A stretch of 64,000 nt of DNA from a virus (lineage: Duplodnaviria > Heunggongvirae > Uroviricota > Caudoviricetes), in the IMG/VR virus record IMGVR_UViG_3300042894_007411, one strand, 5' to 3'. Position 1 is the stretch's first letter. Every line of letters begins with the position of its first letter. The translations under genes were made by a program, and so were the position numbers. Below the pieces are notes generated by a model. The model did no database searches. It was given only the letters and a program-made list of their open reading frames with translations, and was not told where the DNA came from. Positions 63,623-64,000 of this stretch are shown one piece after another.

Positions 63623-64000
63623 TTATTGATTTACAAAATAAAACATTGTTTGATGTTCCCCGTTATTATTTACATCCCAATAAAAAGAATGTCTAACTTT
63701 TCCTGGAATAAAAAAAGTTTCATTAAGAATAGGATCGTGTGTTTCTACTGCTATTTTATTTATTTTATTTAAAATTGATTCATCCAAGTTTTGGAATAAA
63801 TCATATTCTCCACCTTCAATGTCACACTTCAAAAAGTCAATTTTTTCCAAATTGAAAATTTTGAAAACATCCTCCATTTGCAAATAAAGGGGGTTGTGTT
63901 TTGGTGACCATAAGTGTGTTGGATGTAGGGATTTTCCCAAAACAGAAGCATTCAAATATTTTACATTGTTGTGTTCTTTTGTATTTTCTATAAGACAAGA
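63623..64000 (-). CDS. FkbM-family methyltransferase, 5'-partial (continues beyond window end)
   Basis: 'IDFLKCDIEGGEYDLF'; track start codon is TTG and frame stays open to nt 64000. Confidence 0.55.
   Translation of the reverse strand, partial: SCLIENTKEHNNVKYLNASVLGKSLHPTHLWSPKHNPLYLQMEDVFKIFNLEKIDFLKCDIEGGEYDLFQNLDESILNKINKIAVETHDPILNETFFIPGKVRHSFYWDVNNNGEHQTMFYFVNQ

Noticed and set aside
1-64000. CRISPR arrays, rRNA genes, IS elements or transposases
   Set aside because: No short regularly spaced direct repeats were seen. No rRNA-like conserved stretches or DDE/serine-recombinase-like ORFs were recognised. The only DNA repeats are the gene-family junctions and the 42-bp and 85-bp duplications listed above.
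1-64000. Nucleocytoviricota (giant virus) origin, suggested by AT-richness, TATA-like boxes at ATGs, paralogue arrays, DegT/acetyltransferase genes and GSII
   Set aside because: The region carries PG_binding_1+GH19 endolysins, LysM proteins, umuDC and HNH genes. The tail-fibre N-domain, ATGA-coupled operon organisation and rho-independent terminators all fit a bacteriophage better.

Overview
This is an AT-rich (about one-third G+C by eye), very gene-dense 64-kb segment. From about 13.1 kb to the window end almost every gene is on the minus strand. Many gene junctions are ATGA stop/start overlaps, there are essentially no Shine-Dalgarno-like sequences, and a TATATA(A) box recurs 3-40 nt upstream of start codons. 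The gene content points to a large (jumbo-type) bacteriophage or prophage region of an AT-rich, SD-independent host. Bacteroidota-like is my guess for the host. A eukaryotic giant virus and a cellular core region both seem unlikely.

Phage-type genes include a bona fide thymidylate synthase, umuC with a pre-truncated umuD'-like partner, an Rnl5-type RNA ligase and two HNH endonucleases. There are also two PG-binding or GH19 lysins, LysM and transglycosylase-like wall proteins, a tail-fibre N-terminal-domain protein, and several metallophosphatase, HAD and HD hydrolases. Phage-scale accessory genes include GSII glutamine synthetase, RpiB, flotillin and YqeY.

Three things stand out:
- Expanded paralogue families: three LRR-like 'SLEGAPQ' proteins, five 'MNNE...FINKCKTDSEF' proteins, and twelve ~100-aa MORN-variant-like repeat proteins. 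The twelve sit in two tandem arrays that flank a ~9-kb island carrying a tRNA 3' fragment, RNA ligase, HNH, HD and flotillin genes.
- A 13-kb minus-strand tailoring cluster at 50.9-64 kb. It holds GT2 and GT-A glycosyltransferases, a DegT aminotransferase plus a short DegT-like paralogue, NeuD-like and GNAT acetyltransferases, CmcI, FkbM and Methyltransf_24 methyltransferases, and a PhyH-type dioxygenase. It also holds a second, divergent thymidylate-synthase-fold enzyme with Asp at the TS Asn177-equivalent position, which is cytosine-hydroxymethylase-like. I read this as a candidate nucleotide or DNA hypermodification-plus-glycosylation module.
- Higher-GC islets (umuD'C plus HNH; ORF 19386-19949) that look recently acquired.

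I found no rRNA, no complete tRNA and no CRISPR array. Several small membrane or lipoprotein ORFs under 60 aa are missing from the ORF track.
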